A stretch of DNA of 64,000 nt from an uncultured Planctomycetia bacterium (GTDB taxonomy: Bacteria; Omnitrophota; Gorgyraeia; VGKH01; JBHPFN01), in NCBI GenBank assembly GCA_964406665.1, contig CAYOSQ010000003.1, forward strand, positions 102,641 to 166,640. The letters are read 5' to 3'. Under the pieces are notes generated by a model that did no database searches, was not told the DNA's origin, and was given only the letters and a program-made list of their open reading frames with translations. Positions within the stretch are counted from its first letter, which is position 1, and each line of letters opens with the position of its first letter. Shown here in pieces: positions 20,973 to 30,860 of this stretch. A program made the translations under genes and the position numbers.

Positions 20973-21812
20973 ATGGCAAATTTACGTCTATCACCTACCG
21001 GGAGCCTAGCTCTTTTTATAAATTGCCCCAGATGTTTCTGGCTACAGATGAATAAAAAGATAAAGAGACCCCGGGGAATTTTTCCGTCTCTTCCTTCTGG
21101 CATGGATATAGTAATTAAATCTTATTTTGATACTTACAGGAAAAAGAATTTATTGCCTCCGGAATTGGAGGGAAAAGTAGAGGGTAAATTATTCAGCGAC
21201 GAGCTCCTGCTTAAAAAATGGCGTAGTTGGAGAGCAACTAATTTAACTTATGAAGATAAAAAACTGGGTGCAACATTATCCGGTGCGCTTGATGATTGCT
21301 TGGTTGATAATGGTTTTTATGTACCTTTAGATTATAAGACTAAAGGGTTTGAGCCTACCAGAGAACAATCCTATCAGTTTTATAAGCTACAACTAGATTG
21401 TTATTGTCTTATGCTTGAAGAGAATGGTTATAAGACAAATGGTAAGGCATACCTGGTTTATTATTTTCCTAAATCTGTTTCAGCTAAGGGAAAAGTAAGT
21501 TTTGAAGTAATGCCTTTTGAAATCAAAACTGATTTTAATAATTCCAGAAAAATATTTGAAGAAGCAGTAAAATTATTAAAGGAACCTCTGCCAAAAACAA
21601 ATCCTGATTGTGAATACTGCAGTTGGCTTAATAAAGTAGAGCGTGAAAAAAAACGGTTTAAACCAGGCAGATTTTGGTTGGTAATTGAAATGAAACAGGT
21701 TAATAATCGACAAAACAAAACTCATCAGATGAAATCGCAGCATTCAGTTAAGGGGAAAAATCAGATTAAAAGAGCCAAGTACATTGAACAATTAGACAGG
21801 AGAGCCAAATGA
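20973..21812 (+). CDS. PD-(D/E)XK nuclease, Cas4/AddB-like
   Basis: LSPT, CPRCFW, GALDD..., LDYKT, QLDCY, CEYC. Confidence 0.82.
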   Translation: MANLRLSPTGSLALFINCPRCFWLQMNKKIKRPRGIFPSLPSGMDIVIKSYFDTYRKKNLLPPELEGKVEGKLFSDELLLKKWRSWRATNLTYEDKKLGATLSGALDDCLVDNGFYVPLDYKTKGFEPTREQSYQFYKLQLDCYCLMLEENGYKTNGKAYLVYYFPKSVSAKGKVSFEVMPFEIKTDFNNSRKIFEEAVKLLKEPLPKTNPDCEYCSWLNKVEREKKRFKPGRFWLVIEMKQVNNRQNKTHQMKSQHSVKGKNQIKRAKYIEQLDRRAK

Positions 21813-22480
21813 ATCAAATTATTTTTGATATTGAAACCTCCGGAGCAGATTTTGATTCTTTAGATGAAACGTCTAAAGAGTATTTTCTTAAATATGCCCA
21901 AAGCGATGAAGAAAAACAAGAAGTAAGAGATAGCATGAGCTTTTATCCTTTAACAGCCCAGATTGTAGCATTAGGTATGCTGGATGCCGATAAAGATAAA
22001 GGGTATATGTTTTATCAGGATAAAGAAAATTCTAAAAAACGCTTCAACGAGGGCGGTATTGAATTTATTGCAGCAGATGAGAGGGAGATCTTGGAATATT
22101 TCTGGGCTCAGATAAAAGAATGTAGGCAGTTTGTTACATTTAACGGTAGAGGATTTGATGGTCCTTTTATTATGATCCGTTCAGCCATACTTAAAGTTAA
22201 GCCTACCAGAAATCTTGTGCCGTATCGTTATGACCATAAGCAGCATGTTGACCTTATGGATCAGTTAATGTTTTATGGGGCATCAAGGAGGAAATTCAGT
22301 CTGCATATGTGGTGCAAGGCTTTTGGAATTCCTAGTCCCAAAGAAGAAGGTGTTACAGGATTAGAGGTAAAGGACCTATTCAATCAAGGCAAATGCCTTG
22401 ATATAGCACGTTATTGCGTCGGTGATTTAAAGGCTACCAGGGCACTTTTTCATTATTGGGATAAATATTTGAAATTTTAG
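21809..22480 (+). CDS. RNase H-like 3'-5' exonuclease (PolB/DnaQ-like)
   Basis: FDIET, TFNGRGFDGP, HVDLMD, YC.GD. Confidence 0.85.
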   Translation: MNQIIFDIETSGADFDSLDETSKEYFLKYAQSDEEKQEVRDSMSFYPLTAQIVALGMLDADKDKGYMFYQDKENSKKRFNEGGIEFIAADEREILEYFWAQIKECRQFVTFNGRGFDGPFIMIRSAILKVKPTRNLVPYRYDHKQHVDLMDQLMFYGASRRKFSLHMWCKAFGIPSPKEEGVTGLEVKDLFNQGKCLDIARYCVGDLKATRALFHYWDKYLKF

Positions 22481-22488
22481 CCCAAACC

Positions 22489-22516
22489 TTGAAAATCATC
22501 TAAAGTGTGCTATACT
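22489..22516 (+). promoter_or_regulatory. Sigma70-type promoter for riboswitch transcript
   Basis: TTGAAA-16 nt-(TGc)TATACT immediately upstream of the aptamer. Confidence 0.7.
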
Positions 22517-22520
22517 TTTA

Positions 22521-22670
22521 GTGCCGATAAAGGTAAACCCGGTGAAAGCCGGGGGCGCAAAGCCAACAGACCTAAGTTGCCTTTTGGCAGTGAACCTGCA
22601 GGATGCAGGTAAGCCGTGGCCGGCTAGGCTGTGAATGCTGTGGCGATATGGTGGCTGGGTTGCCGAAGTG
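22521..22670 (+). ncRNA. c-di-GMP-I (GEMM) riboswitch with enlarged P3
   Basis: AAAGGTAAACCCGGT-GAAA-GCCGGGGGCGCAAAGCC, tetraloop receptor CCTAAG...TATGG, 3' GGCTGGGTTGCCGAA; G20/A47/C92 equivalents canonical. Confidence 0.88.
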
Positions 22671-22743
22671 GGAGGTGAACCAAGGTCTTTATCGGCCTTT
22701 TTTTTTGCCTTATTCTGCGTAACTTGTTTATTTCCAGTATAAT

Positions 22744-23043
22744 ATGAATAAAGACCATAATTTATATCAAGAATATCAGAAAAATAAACAAAAAGAGTAC
22801 GAGTCTTTATGCAGCCGCTGTGGTGCTTGTTGTGGTTCTTTCGAAGGAGATCCCTGTGAGCATTTGATTATGGATGAAGAAGGCAAATATTACTGCAATA
22901 CCTACGAAAACAGGTTTGGTTTAAAAAGGTCAAGAAATGGTCGAGAGTTCCTCTGTGTGCCTATCCGAAAAATCCTTTCTGAATCATGGTCTGGTTCCTG
23001 GCGTTGTAATTACAAAAAGGAACTGCGCCGTATCAAAGATTAG
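22744..23043 (+). CDS. YkgJ-like Cys-cluster (Zn/Fe-S) protein
   Basis: CSRCGACC, PCEHL, C.TYENR. Confidence 0.75.
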   Translation: MNKDHNLYQEYQKNKQKEYESLCSRCGACCGSFEGDPCEHLIMDEEGKYYCNTYENRFGLKRSRNGREFLCVPIRKILSESWSGSWRCNYKKELRRIKD

Positions 23044-23125
23044 TTAAATAGTTTTTATCAACCCCGATTTGTATTGCCTGCAAGCTTCAAACATGCTACA
23101 ATACAACAAATTTTGAGGTAAAGTT

Positions 23126-23428
23126 ATGGAAAAAAGATTTGTCAGAGTTTGGGATGAGCTTGATATCGAAGAAGTTTCAAAGCATCTATTGATAATCGGT
23201 GAAGTTTTGGCAACATGCAATAACTGTCAAGCCCTAGGATTAGATGTAAAAGTAAAAACATGTCCAAAATGCAACGTGGAATTTAAATTCGCTGCTTTTA
23301 GCTCAAAAAAATTAGGAATTTCAGAGTTTAATAAAATAAGAGGAAGAAGAGGCGAGGCAGCTTTTATTGATTACGACGATTTCAAGAAAGCCATCGGTGA
23401 TATTAAAGCAAAGAATTTCATGAAATAG
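23126..23428 (+). CDS. Hypothetical Zn-ribbon protein
   Basis: CNNC...CPKC; GAGG SD; TTGCCT-17-TACAAT upstream. Confidence 0.7.
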   Translation: MEKRFVRVWDELDIEEVSKHLLIIGEVLATCNNCQALGLDVKVKTCPKCNVEFKFAAFSSKKLGISEFNKIRGRRGEAAFIDYDDFKKAIGDIKAKNFMK

Positions 23429-23432
23429 CAAA

Positions 23433-24560
23433 ATGGTAAATAAAAAAAGACTGATTAAATTAACTCAGGATTTAATCAGGATTAATTCAGAAAACCCACC
23501 TGGAAAAGAATTCAAAATAGCAGTTTTTGTCAAAAAGCTTCTTGATAAGCATGGTTTTAAAACTAGGCTATACGAGTTTGCCAAAGGAAGAACTAATATT
23601 GTTGCTACGTTAGAAGGTAAAGATAAAAGCAAATCTCTTCTGTTGACACCCCATTTAGATACTGTTCCGGTAGGAAAGGGCTGGTCTTATCCTGCGTTTT
23701 CTGGGTTGATTAGAAATGGAAGAATTTACGGCCGCGGGGCAACAGACTGTAAGGGCAATGTTGCTGCAGGAATTGAATCTATAATAAGCTTGGCAGAAGA
23801 AAAACAAGAATTAAATCATTCTTTGGTTTTTGCCGCAACCGCGGATGAAGAAACAGGCAGTAAGCTAGGTTTGATTCCACTCGTTGATAAAAAAATACTT
23901 AAGCCTTCAGCAGCCGTGATACTAGATTCCGATGTTTTTAATATCATTGTTGCTCAAAAAGGATTAATACATTTTAAGATTTGCTTATTTGGTAAGAAGT
24001 CACACGGCGCATATCCAGAAAGAGGGATGAATGCAATTGATTTAGCAACCAAAGTTATCTTAAAGCTTAAAAAGCATAAGTTTAAATACAAAAGACATTC
24101 TTTGCTTAGAGCTCCAACAGTAAATATTGGAATTATCCGTGGCGGAGATAAAGTAAATATGGTTGCTGACTGGTGTGATGTTGAAGTGGATCTAAGATTT
24201 TTACCAGGAATGGACCATAGAAAGATACTTAAAGAAGTCCGTAGTATTATTAAGAGCGTAACAAATAAATTTAAATTAGAGGTTCATGATGTACAAAGAC
24301 CCTGTGAGATTGACACAAGACATGATTTAGTTAAATGTCTTAAAACAACCAGTAAAAGAATTGCAGGAAGAGCGAAGTTAAAAGGAAGTGAGGGAGCAAC
24401 GGTTATTACATTTTTAGCTGCCAGAAAGGTACCCTCGGTAGCAACAGGTTTTGGCACTTCACGGTGTGCCCATACAACTGATGAGTACGTAAAGATTAAC
24501 GATCTTTATAAAGGTGCTAAGGTTCTAGAAGAATTTATTAAAGAGTTCGATAAAAGATGA
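23433..24560 (+). CDS. M20 family metallopeptidase/deacylase (ArgE/DapE-like)
   Basis: HLDTVP, GRGATDCKG, DEE, AHTTDE. Confidence 0.9.
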   Translation: MVNKKRLIKLTQDLIRINSENPPGKEFKIAVFVKKLLDKHGFKTRLYEFAKGRTNIVATLEGKDKSKSLLLTPHLDTVPVGKGWSYPAFSGLIRNGRIYGRGATDCKGNVAAGIESIISLAEEKQELNHSLVFAATADEETGSKLGLIPLVDKKILKPSAAVILDSDVFNIIVAQKGLIHFKICLFGKKSHGAYPERGMNAIDLATKVILKLKKHKFKYKRHSLLRAPTVNIGIIRGGDKVNMVADWCDVEVDLRFLPGMDHRKILKEVRSIIKSVTNKFKLEVHDVQRPCEIDTRHDLVKCLKTTSKRIAGRAKLKGSEGATVITFLAARKVPSVATGFGTSRCAHTTDEYVKINDLYKGAKVLEEFIKEFDKR

Positions 24561-25318
24561 AACGGTCAAAGATTTTAAATCTAATTTTTGCTATTTTTAT
24601 TGCTACAGCCATAATTTACCCTAACGTAAATAAACTTTCTGCAGATGACGTAATTGCTGAAAATAAAACATGTGAAATATTACCATTTAAGCAGGGAGAA
24701 AAGTTCATCTATGCGGTGAAGATGGCTGGTTTAAGCGTTGGAACCTCTGAGCTTATTTTTGATGGGATAGCAGAATTAGACGGCAAAGAAGTAATAGTGA
24801 TAATTTTTACTACCAAGATTACTAATTTTTTTGATGAAGAAAAGATATTCGCAGATAAAGAAACCTTTCTTCCCATAAGGGTAGAGCGCAACATTAATCG
24901 TTTCGGAAAAAAAGAATTTATTGTTGAAGAATACGACCAAGGTAATAATATTTTGACCATAACAAAGCAAACTGGAAACAAAGAAACGCAGCAGGTGATT
25001 GAAAAAGAATTACCACTTCAGAATATGATATGTTTTATATATAATTTTCGCAGAAGACAAAATTTGGAAATAGATGGTATAATAGATGTGGACTTACCGC
25101 TTAAAAAAGTAAGTTTTCAATCTGCTGGAGAAAAGAAGCTAAAGGTTTATGCGGGTAGATTCGAGGCTTTTTTAGTACAAAGCGTTCCTAAGAAATACAA
25201 CTTCTGGCTTTCTGCAGATAAAGATAGGATACCACTTAGGATAGATGGTGCGGTAGGCTTTGCTAAAACAAGAATGATACTTAAAGATTATGATTTGGAC
25301 GGGAAAAATGATGGTTAA
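24557..25318 (+). CDS. DUF3108-like secreted protein
   Basis: Signal peptide, PF..GE...Y, W.S.D..RIPLRI. Confidence 0.7.
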   Translation: MKRSKILNLIFAIFIATAIIYPNVNKLSADDVIAENKTCEILPFKQGEKFIYAVKMAGLSVGTSELIFDGIAELDGKEVIVIIFTTKITNFFDEEKIFADKETFLPIRVERNINRFGKKEFIVEEYDQGNNILTITKQTGNKETQQVIEKELPLQNMICFIYNFRRRQNLEIDGIIDVDLPLKKVSFQSAGEKKLKVYAGRFEAFLVQSVPKKYNFWLSADKDRIPLRIDGAVGFAKTRMILKDYDLDGKNDG

Positions 25319-26480
25319 AAAGGGACATTTTTTACAGTTCGGCGGGCAGTTTGTTCCGGAGACTTTAATGACTTGTCTTAGCGAACTTGAGAAAATATAC
25401 GCAAAGGCAAAAAAAGATACTCGTTTTAAAAAAGAGTTAGATTATTATCTATCGGTTTACGCCGGAAGACCTACACCTTTATATTTTGCTAAGAGACTTT
25501 CTGAAAAACTGGGTAAAATTAAAGTCTATCTTAAAAGGGAAGACTTACTGCATACCGGGGCGCATAAGATTAATAATACTTTAGGCCAGGTACTTTTAGC
25601 TTTAAGGATGGGAAAAAAGCGCATCATCGCAGAAACCGGTGCAGGTCAGCATGGAGTTGCTACAGCAACAGTTGCTGCACTTTTTGGACTTAAGTGCGAT
25701 GTGTATATGGGTACTGAGGATATCGAACGTCAAAGGCTCAATGTTTTCAGGATGAATCTTTTAGGGACTAAAGTTATACCAGTAGAAAGCGGTTCAAAGA
25801 CTTTAAAAGATGCTACTTCCGAAGCCATAAGAGATTGGGTTACCAATGTAAAAGATACTCATTATATTATCGGTTCTGTGGTTGGTCCTTATCCTTATCC
25901 TGAGATGGTCAGGGATTTTCAGTGTGTAATTGGTAAAGAAACCAGGCAACAAATATTAAAAGCAGAAAAAAGATTACCCGATTGTCTTATTGCATGTGTT
26001 GGTGGAGGAAGTAATTCTATAGGATTATTTCATCCTTTTGTAAAAGACAAAAAAATTAGGCTTGTCGGTATTGAAGCTTCCGGATTAGGTATATCTAGCA
26101 ATAAACATGCAGCAACGCTAGTAAAAGGGCAAATCGGCATTTTACATGGAAGCAAAAGTAATCTTTTGCAAGATAAGTTTGGGCAGGTAAATATCGCACA
26201 TTCTATTTCTGCTGGCTTAGACTATCCCGGTGTCGGTCCGGAACATGCATATTATAAGAGCATTGGCAGGGCTGAATATTTTGCAGTTAGTGATAAAGAG
26301 GCCTTAGGGGGTTTTCAACTTCTTGCTGAAACAGAAGGAATTATTCCGGCACTGGAACCGTCTCATGCCATTGCATATTTAGGTAAACTTAGAAAGAAGT
26401 TAAAGAAAGGCGCTGTTGTTGTGTTGTGTCTTTCCGGGCGAGGAGATAAGGACGTAGAAACAGTTTCAAAGGTTTTATAA
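25308..26480 (+). CDS. trpB: Tryptophan synthase beta chain
   Basis: [36 protein letters not shown]. Confidence 0.97.
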   Translation: MMVKKGHFLQFGGQFVPETLMTCLSELEKIYAKAKKDTRFKKELDYYLSVYAGRPTPLYFAKRLSEKLGKIKVYLKREDLLHTGAHKINNTLGQVLLALRMGKKRIIAETGAGQHGVATATVAALFGLKCDVYMGTEDIERQRLNVFRMNLLGTKVIPVESGSKTLKDATSEAIRDWVTNVKDTHYIIGSVVGPYPYPEMVRDFQCVIGKETRQQILKAEKRLPDCLIACVGGGSNSIGLFHPFVKDKKIRLVGIEASGLGISSNKHAATLVKGQIGILHGSKSNLLQDKFGQVNIAHSISAGLDYPGVGPEHAYYKSIGRAEYFAVSDKEALGGFQLLAETEGIIPALEPSHAIAYLGKLRKKLKKGAVVVLCLSGRGDKDVETVSKVL

Positions 26481-26484
26481 TAAG

Positions 26485-27282
26485 ATGAAAAATAGAATTG
26501 AGAAAAAATTTGCAGAATTAAAATCAGCGAAGAAAAAAGCCTTTATCGCATTTATTACCGCCGGTGATCCATCACTTGATACAACCTATCGATTGGTTCT
26601 TGACATGGAAAAGCAGGGTGTAGATGTTGTTGAACTGGGAGTTGCGTTTTCTGATCCTTTAGCAGATGGACCAATAATCCAGGCAGCGTCTCAGCGTGCA
26701 CTTAAAAAAGGTGTAAATATACTGAAAATTTTAAAGCTTGTTAAAAAGCTGCGCAAGAAAACACATATACCTATTGTTCTAATGACTTATTATAATCCGG
26801 TATTTAAATTCGGCGATGAAAAATTCATAAAGGCTGCGAGGGGTGCAGGTGTTGACGGTGTGATTATTCCTGATTTACCTCCTGAAGAGGCAGCGACAAT
26901 GTTGAAATCTGCTAGAAAACATAGTATCTCCACGATATTTTTCTTATCTCCTACTAGTTCTAAGGAAAGAATTAAACTGATATCAAAAGTCTCCAGCGGT
27001 TTTATTTATTATGTTTCTTTAACTGGGGTAACGGGGACGCGCAGTGCGATTTCTGCGGATATTGTTAAAAATATTCGCTTAATTAAGAAATATACAAAGA
27101 AGCCGATTTGCGTAGGTTTTGGTATATCAAAATCAGAACATGTCAAAAAGATTTCTCGAGTTGCTGACGGAGTTATCGTTGGCAGCGCTATAGTAAAGCA
27201 GATTGAGAAAAATATTGGTAAAAAAGATCTGGTTGCTAAAGTGCTAGCTTTTATTAATAAGTTATCCAGTCCAATAAAATAA
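26485..27282 (+). CDS. trpA: Tryptophan synthase alpha chain
   Basis: AGDP, FSDPLADGP, YYVSLTGVTG, GFGIS. Confidence 0.97.
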   Translation: MKNRIEKKFAELKSAKKKAFIAFITAGDPSLDTTYRLVLDMEKQGVDVVELGVAFSDPLADGPIIQAASQRALKKGVNILKILKLVKKLRKKTHIPIVLMTYYNPVFKFGDEKFIKAARGAGVDGVIIPDLPPEEAATMLKSARKHSISTIFFLSPTSSKERIKLISKVSSGFIYYVSLTGVTGTRSAISADIVKNIRLIKKYTKKPICVGFGISKSEHVKKISRVADGVIVGSAIVKQIEKNIGKKDLVAKVLAFINKLSSPIK

Positions 27283-27292
27283 TAAGATATCA

Positions 27293-28564
27293 ATGTATAA
27301 AAAAACAGTATTGAATAATGGCCTTAGGGTCTTAACGTGTAAAATGGCTGACAGGCAATCTATAGGGTTAGGTATCTGGGTGTGTGCTGGGGGTCGCTAT
27401 GAAGATAAGCGCAATAAAGGTGTAGCTCATTTCTTAGAACATCTGTTATTTAAAGGAACAAAAAAATACTCTAATAGAGCAATAAAAGAGTCAATTGAAG
27501 GCATAGGTGGGACACTTAATGCTTTTACCTCAGAAGAGCATACTTGTTATTTCGTAAAGATCCCTAAGAAATACGTAAAGCTCTCCCTCAATATTCTAGC
27601 TGATATGGTAATCAATCCATTGCTTAAAACAACCGATATTGAAAGGGAGAGAACTGTTATTCTAGAAGAAATAAAGATGTACAGAGATATGCCTCAACAT
27701 TATGTTAATGATCTTTTAGAAAACCTTCTTTGGCCGGGTCATCCTTTAGGTATAGGAATAGCTGGTTCGGAGAAATCTATTGGTAGTCTAAATAGAAAAG
27801 ATATTGCCGGATTTAAAGATGTGTTTTACCAGCCTGCTAACTTGCTTGTAGTTGCCTGTGGAGATATTAAACATCGAGACATCGTCTCTATGTCTGACAA
27901 ACTATTTAAGAAACAACATGCCCGAGCAAAAACAGAATTTCTTAAAGCTGGTAATGTGCAAAACAAGGCGAGTTTCAAACTAGCGCATAAAGATGTTGAA
28001 CAAACACATATCGCCTTAGGACTGCACAGCTATAAGAGAGAGCATCCTAGTAACTATGCGCTGGGTATTTTAAATACGATTCTAGGTGGAAATATGTCTA
28101 GCAGGTTATTTCATGAGTTAAGAGAGAAAAGAGGCTTAGCTTATGCTGTGGGCAGTTCAGCCAGAGTCTTGCAGGATACTGGAGCATTTTTTGTCCGTGC
28201 CGGAGTTGATAATAGAAAAGTCGTTGATTCTATCAAAGTAATCCTTAAAGAGCTGAAGAAAATCTCCAAATTCAATGTAAGTAAGAAAGAATTAGATAGG
28301 GCTAAAGAATATTATTCTGGTCAGCTTATGCTTGCATTAGAAGATACATTGGATCATATGATATTTGCCGGTGAAAAAATCGCAACAATAAATAGAGTTA
28401 AAACTCCTGCGGAAATATCAAGAAAGATCAAGAAAGTTTCTGTTGCTGATGTACGCCAAGTAGCAGGGGAGCTGTTTAAGAAACATAGTATGAATATAGC
28501 TTTGGTTGGTCCAGTAACTCAAAAGGATAAAAAAGCAATTAAAAAACTTATCGGTATAGGGTAA
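27293..28564 (+). CDS. M16 family zinc peptidase
   Basis: HFLEH, NAFTS.E, SSRLF.ELREKRGLAY. Confidence 0.93.
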   Translation: MYKKTVLNNGLRVLTCKMADRQSIGLGIWVCAGGRYEDKRNKGVAHFLEHLLFKGTKKYSNRAIKESIEGIGGTLNAFTSEEHTCYFVKIPKKYVKLSLNILADMVINPLLKTTDIERERTVILEEIKMYRDMPQHYVNDLLENLLWPGHPLGIGIAGSEKSIGSLNRKDIAGFKDVFYQPANLLVVACGDIKHRDIVSMSDKLFKKQHARAKTEFLKAGNVQNKASFKLAHKDVEQTHIALGLHSYKREHPSNYALGILNTILGGNMSSRLFHELREKRGLAYAVGSSARVLQDTGAFFVRAGVDNRKVVDSIKVILKELKKISKFNVSKKELDRAKEYYSGQLMLALEDTLDHMIFAGEKIATINRVKTPAEISRKIKKVSVADVRQVAGELFKKHSMNIALVGPVTQKDKKAIKKLIGIG

Positions 28565-28581
28565 TCTTTGTCTATTGTTAA

Positions 28582-28610
28582 TTGACAAAGAAATGAAATT
28601 GTGATACATT
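28582..28610 (+). promoter_or_regulatory. Sigma70-type promoter
   Basis: TTGACA-17-TACATT. Confidence 0.6.
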
Positions 28611-28642
28611 TAAGTATATTTATTAACCCATAGGAGGTGGAG

Positions 28643-28786
28643 ATGGAAGCATATTGTGTAAAGTGTAAAGCTAAGCAAGAAATGAAAGATGCAAAAGAAG
28701 TAACCATGAAGAATGGTAGAAAAGCAATGAAAGGTAAGTGTCCAGTCTGCGGTACAGGAATGTACAGGATAACTGGAAAAAAATAG
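28643..28786 (+). CDS. 47-aa Zn-ribbon protein (DUF5679-like), missing from ORF track
   Basis: AGGAGGT SD; MEAYCVKCKAKQEMKDAKEVTMKNGRKAMKGKCPVCGTGMYRITGKK*. Confidence 0.88.
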   Translation: MEAYCVKCKAKQEMKDAKEVTMKNGRKAMKGKCPVCGTGMYRITGKK

Positions 28787-28790
28787 TTTA

Positions 28791-29174
28791 ATGCCCGTAA
28801 GAAGTTCTAGTAACCCCGATAAGAGAAACAAAAAACGTCCTAATACCAAAAATAAAGCAAAGCTTGTAGTTAAGCTAGCCTCTGATAAAAAAGCAGAAAA
28901 TCTTGTCATTTTAAATATGAGCAAGGTCGCAAATTTTTGCGAGTATTTCGTTATTTGTAGCGGAAATTCAGATAGGCAAGTTAAAGCAATAGCTGAAGGT
29001 ATTGAATACGGCTTAAAACAAGAAGGATTTAAGGTCTACCACAGAGAAGGTCTTAATACTGCCGCTTGGGCTTTATTGGATTTAGGCGATATTATTGTTC
29101 ACATTTTTGATAAAGAATCGCGGGATTTTTACAATCTTGAGCATCTTTGGCAAGAAGCCCCCGTGGTCAAATAA
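28791..29174 (+). CDS. rsfS: Ribosome silencing factor
   Basis: DKKAE, YFVICSG.S.RQVKAI, W.LLDLGD.IVHIF...R.FYNLE.LW. Confidence 0.93.
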   Translation: MPVRSSSNPDKRNKKRPNTKNKAKLVVKLASDKKAENLVILNMSKVANFCEYFVICSGNSDRQVKAIAEGIEYGLKQEGFKVYHREGLNTAAWALLDLGDIIVHIFDKESRDFYNLEHLWQEAPVVK

Positions 29175-29209
29175 CACTCATTAAAAAGAATTACATCCCT
29201 TCAGTTCCC

Positions 29210-30859
29210 ATGATCAAAGATGTAAGGAATATCTGCGAATCTGCCTTGAAAAAGGCAGTAAAAACAATCTCTCCTAAAAAAAATCAAGAAATCTCTTTAG
29301 AAATCCCTAAAGATAATGCCAATGGTGATTTATCTTCTAATATTGCGCTTAAACTTGCTAGGGAATTAAAGAAATCACCCATTGATATTGCAAAGCAAAT
29401 AAAAGAGAAGCTTGATATAGGCAAATCATTATCATGCTTTTCGAAAATAGAAGTAAAGCCTCCTGGCTTTATTAATTTTTTCTTAGGCAGTACATTTTTA
29501 TCTGAAACACTTAAATCAGTGCTTACTCTTGAAGATCAATTTGGAAGTTCTGAATTGGGAAAATCTAAAAGTATTCAAATAGAATTTGTAAGCGCAAATC
29601 CAACAGGTCCTTTAAGTGTTGCTCATGCCCGCCAGGCAGCAGTAGGTGATGCATTGGGTAATATCTTAAAGCATATTGGGTATAAAGTCACAAAAGAATA
29701 CTATGTTAATGACGAAGGAAATCAAATTAATATATTGGGGGCATCGATTAAGGCCAGGGCTCTGCAGAATTTTACTGATATTTCTTTATCCGAAGAAATG
29801 TATCAGGGAGAGTATGTAAAAGATATTGCTGATAAATTTATCAAAGATAATAGTATTAAGAATGAAAAAGACTTAGAAGGCAAGGATGAAAAAATCACTT
29901 TATTTGGTGTTAAGTATCTGCTGGATGTAATAAAAAAAGAACTTCAAGACTTTGGCGTAGTATTTGATGTTTGGTCTTTTCAGTCTAAAATTGCAACGCA
30001 AGAGAAGATTGTTTCCACATTGGGGTATTTAGAGAAAAAAGATTATATCTATGAGCAAGATGGCGCTCAGTGGTTTAAATCAACAGATTTCGGAGATGAT
30101 AAGCCACGTGTAGTGAAAAAATCTGATGGTACTTTTACTTATCTAGCTCCCGATATTGTGTATCATAAGAATAAATTTGATAGAAAATTTAGTAAGGTTG
30201 TAAATATTTGGGGGCCGGATCACCACGGTTATATACCAAGAATAAAAGCTGCAGTTGAAGCCTTGGGTCATTCGCGTGATTCTATAGAAGTAAAAATAGT
30301 CCAATTGGCAACTATTTATCGAAATGGTCAACCTGTATCTATGTCGACTCGCCGCGGTCAGTTCATTACTTTACGCGAAGTTATTGATGACGTTGGTACA
30401 GATGTTGCCAGATTTTTCTTTCTTATGCGCAGAGTTGAAGCTCACCTTGATTTTGATCTGGAGCTGGCTAAAAAAGATGCACCAGAGAACCCTGTATTTT
30501 ATGTTCAGTATGCCCACGCCCGTATCTCAAGCATTAAGAGGAAATCAGAGCTTAAGAATATTAATTTAAAAAAAATTAATCTAGAATTGCTAAACCAACC
30601 TGAAGAGTTAGTTCTTATTAAGCTGATGGGGCAGTTCAGCGTTGCTCTTGAGAACTGTGCAGCCGCACTTGATCCTTATGGATTAATTAGCTATCTTCAG
30701 GAATTTGCCACAGCGTTTCACAGTTTTTATGATAAATATAAAGTTATTTCTGATGATTCTTCACTTACCGATGCACGCTTAGCATTGGTTGAGGCGGTTA
30801 GAATTGTTCTAGCTCGTGGTTTGAGCCTTCTAGGTATTTCTGTTCCGGAGAAGATGTAG
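29210..30859 (+). CDS. argS: Arginine--tRNA ligase
   Basis: GDLSSN, EFVSANPTGPL, WGPDHHGY, YVQYAHAR, PEKM; start moved to ATG 29210. Confidence 0.95.
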   Translation: MIKDVRNICESALKKAVKTISPKKNQEISLEIPKDNANGDLSSNIALKLARELKKSPIDIAKQIKEKLDIGKSLSCFSKIEVKPPGFINFFLGSTFLSETLKSVLTLEDQFGSSELGKSKSIQIEFVSANPTGPLSVAHARQAAVGDALGNILKHIGYKVTKEYYVNDEGNQINILGASIKARALQNFTDISLSEEMYQGEYVKDIADKFIKDNSIKNEKDLEGKDEKITLFGVKYLLDVIKKELQDFGVVFDVWSFQSKIATQEKIVSTLGYLEKKDYIYEQDGAQWFKSTDFGDDKPRVVKKSDGTFTYLAPDIVYHKNKFDRKFSKVVNIWGPDHHGYIPRIKAAVEALGHSRDSIEVKIVQLATIYRNGQPVSMSTRRGQFITLREVIDDVGTDVARFFFLMRRVEAHLDFDLELAKKDAPENPVFYVQYAHARISSIKRKSELKNINLKKINLELLNQPEELVLIKLMGQFSVALENCAAALDPYGLISYLQEFATAFHSFYDKYKVISDDSSLTDARLALVEAVRIVLARGLSLLGISVPEKM

Positions 30860-30860
30860 T

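Noticed and set aside
20973-21812. CRISPR-associated cas4
   Set aside because: No cas1/cas2 or array in window; treated as solo PD-(D/E)XK nuclease
22521-22670. c-AMP-GMP (GEMM-Ib) or GGC/UAU variant riboswitch; RNase P or SRP RNA
   Set aside because: Ligand-contact positions read G/A/C (canonical c-di-GMP); RNase P and SRP signature motifs absent
28418-28924. Minus-strand ORFs of 62-104 aa
   Set aside because: Antisense to the M16 peptidase, the 47-aa Zn-ribbon gene and rsfS, which have better signals
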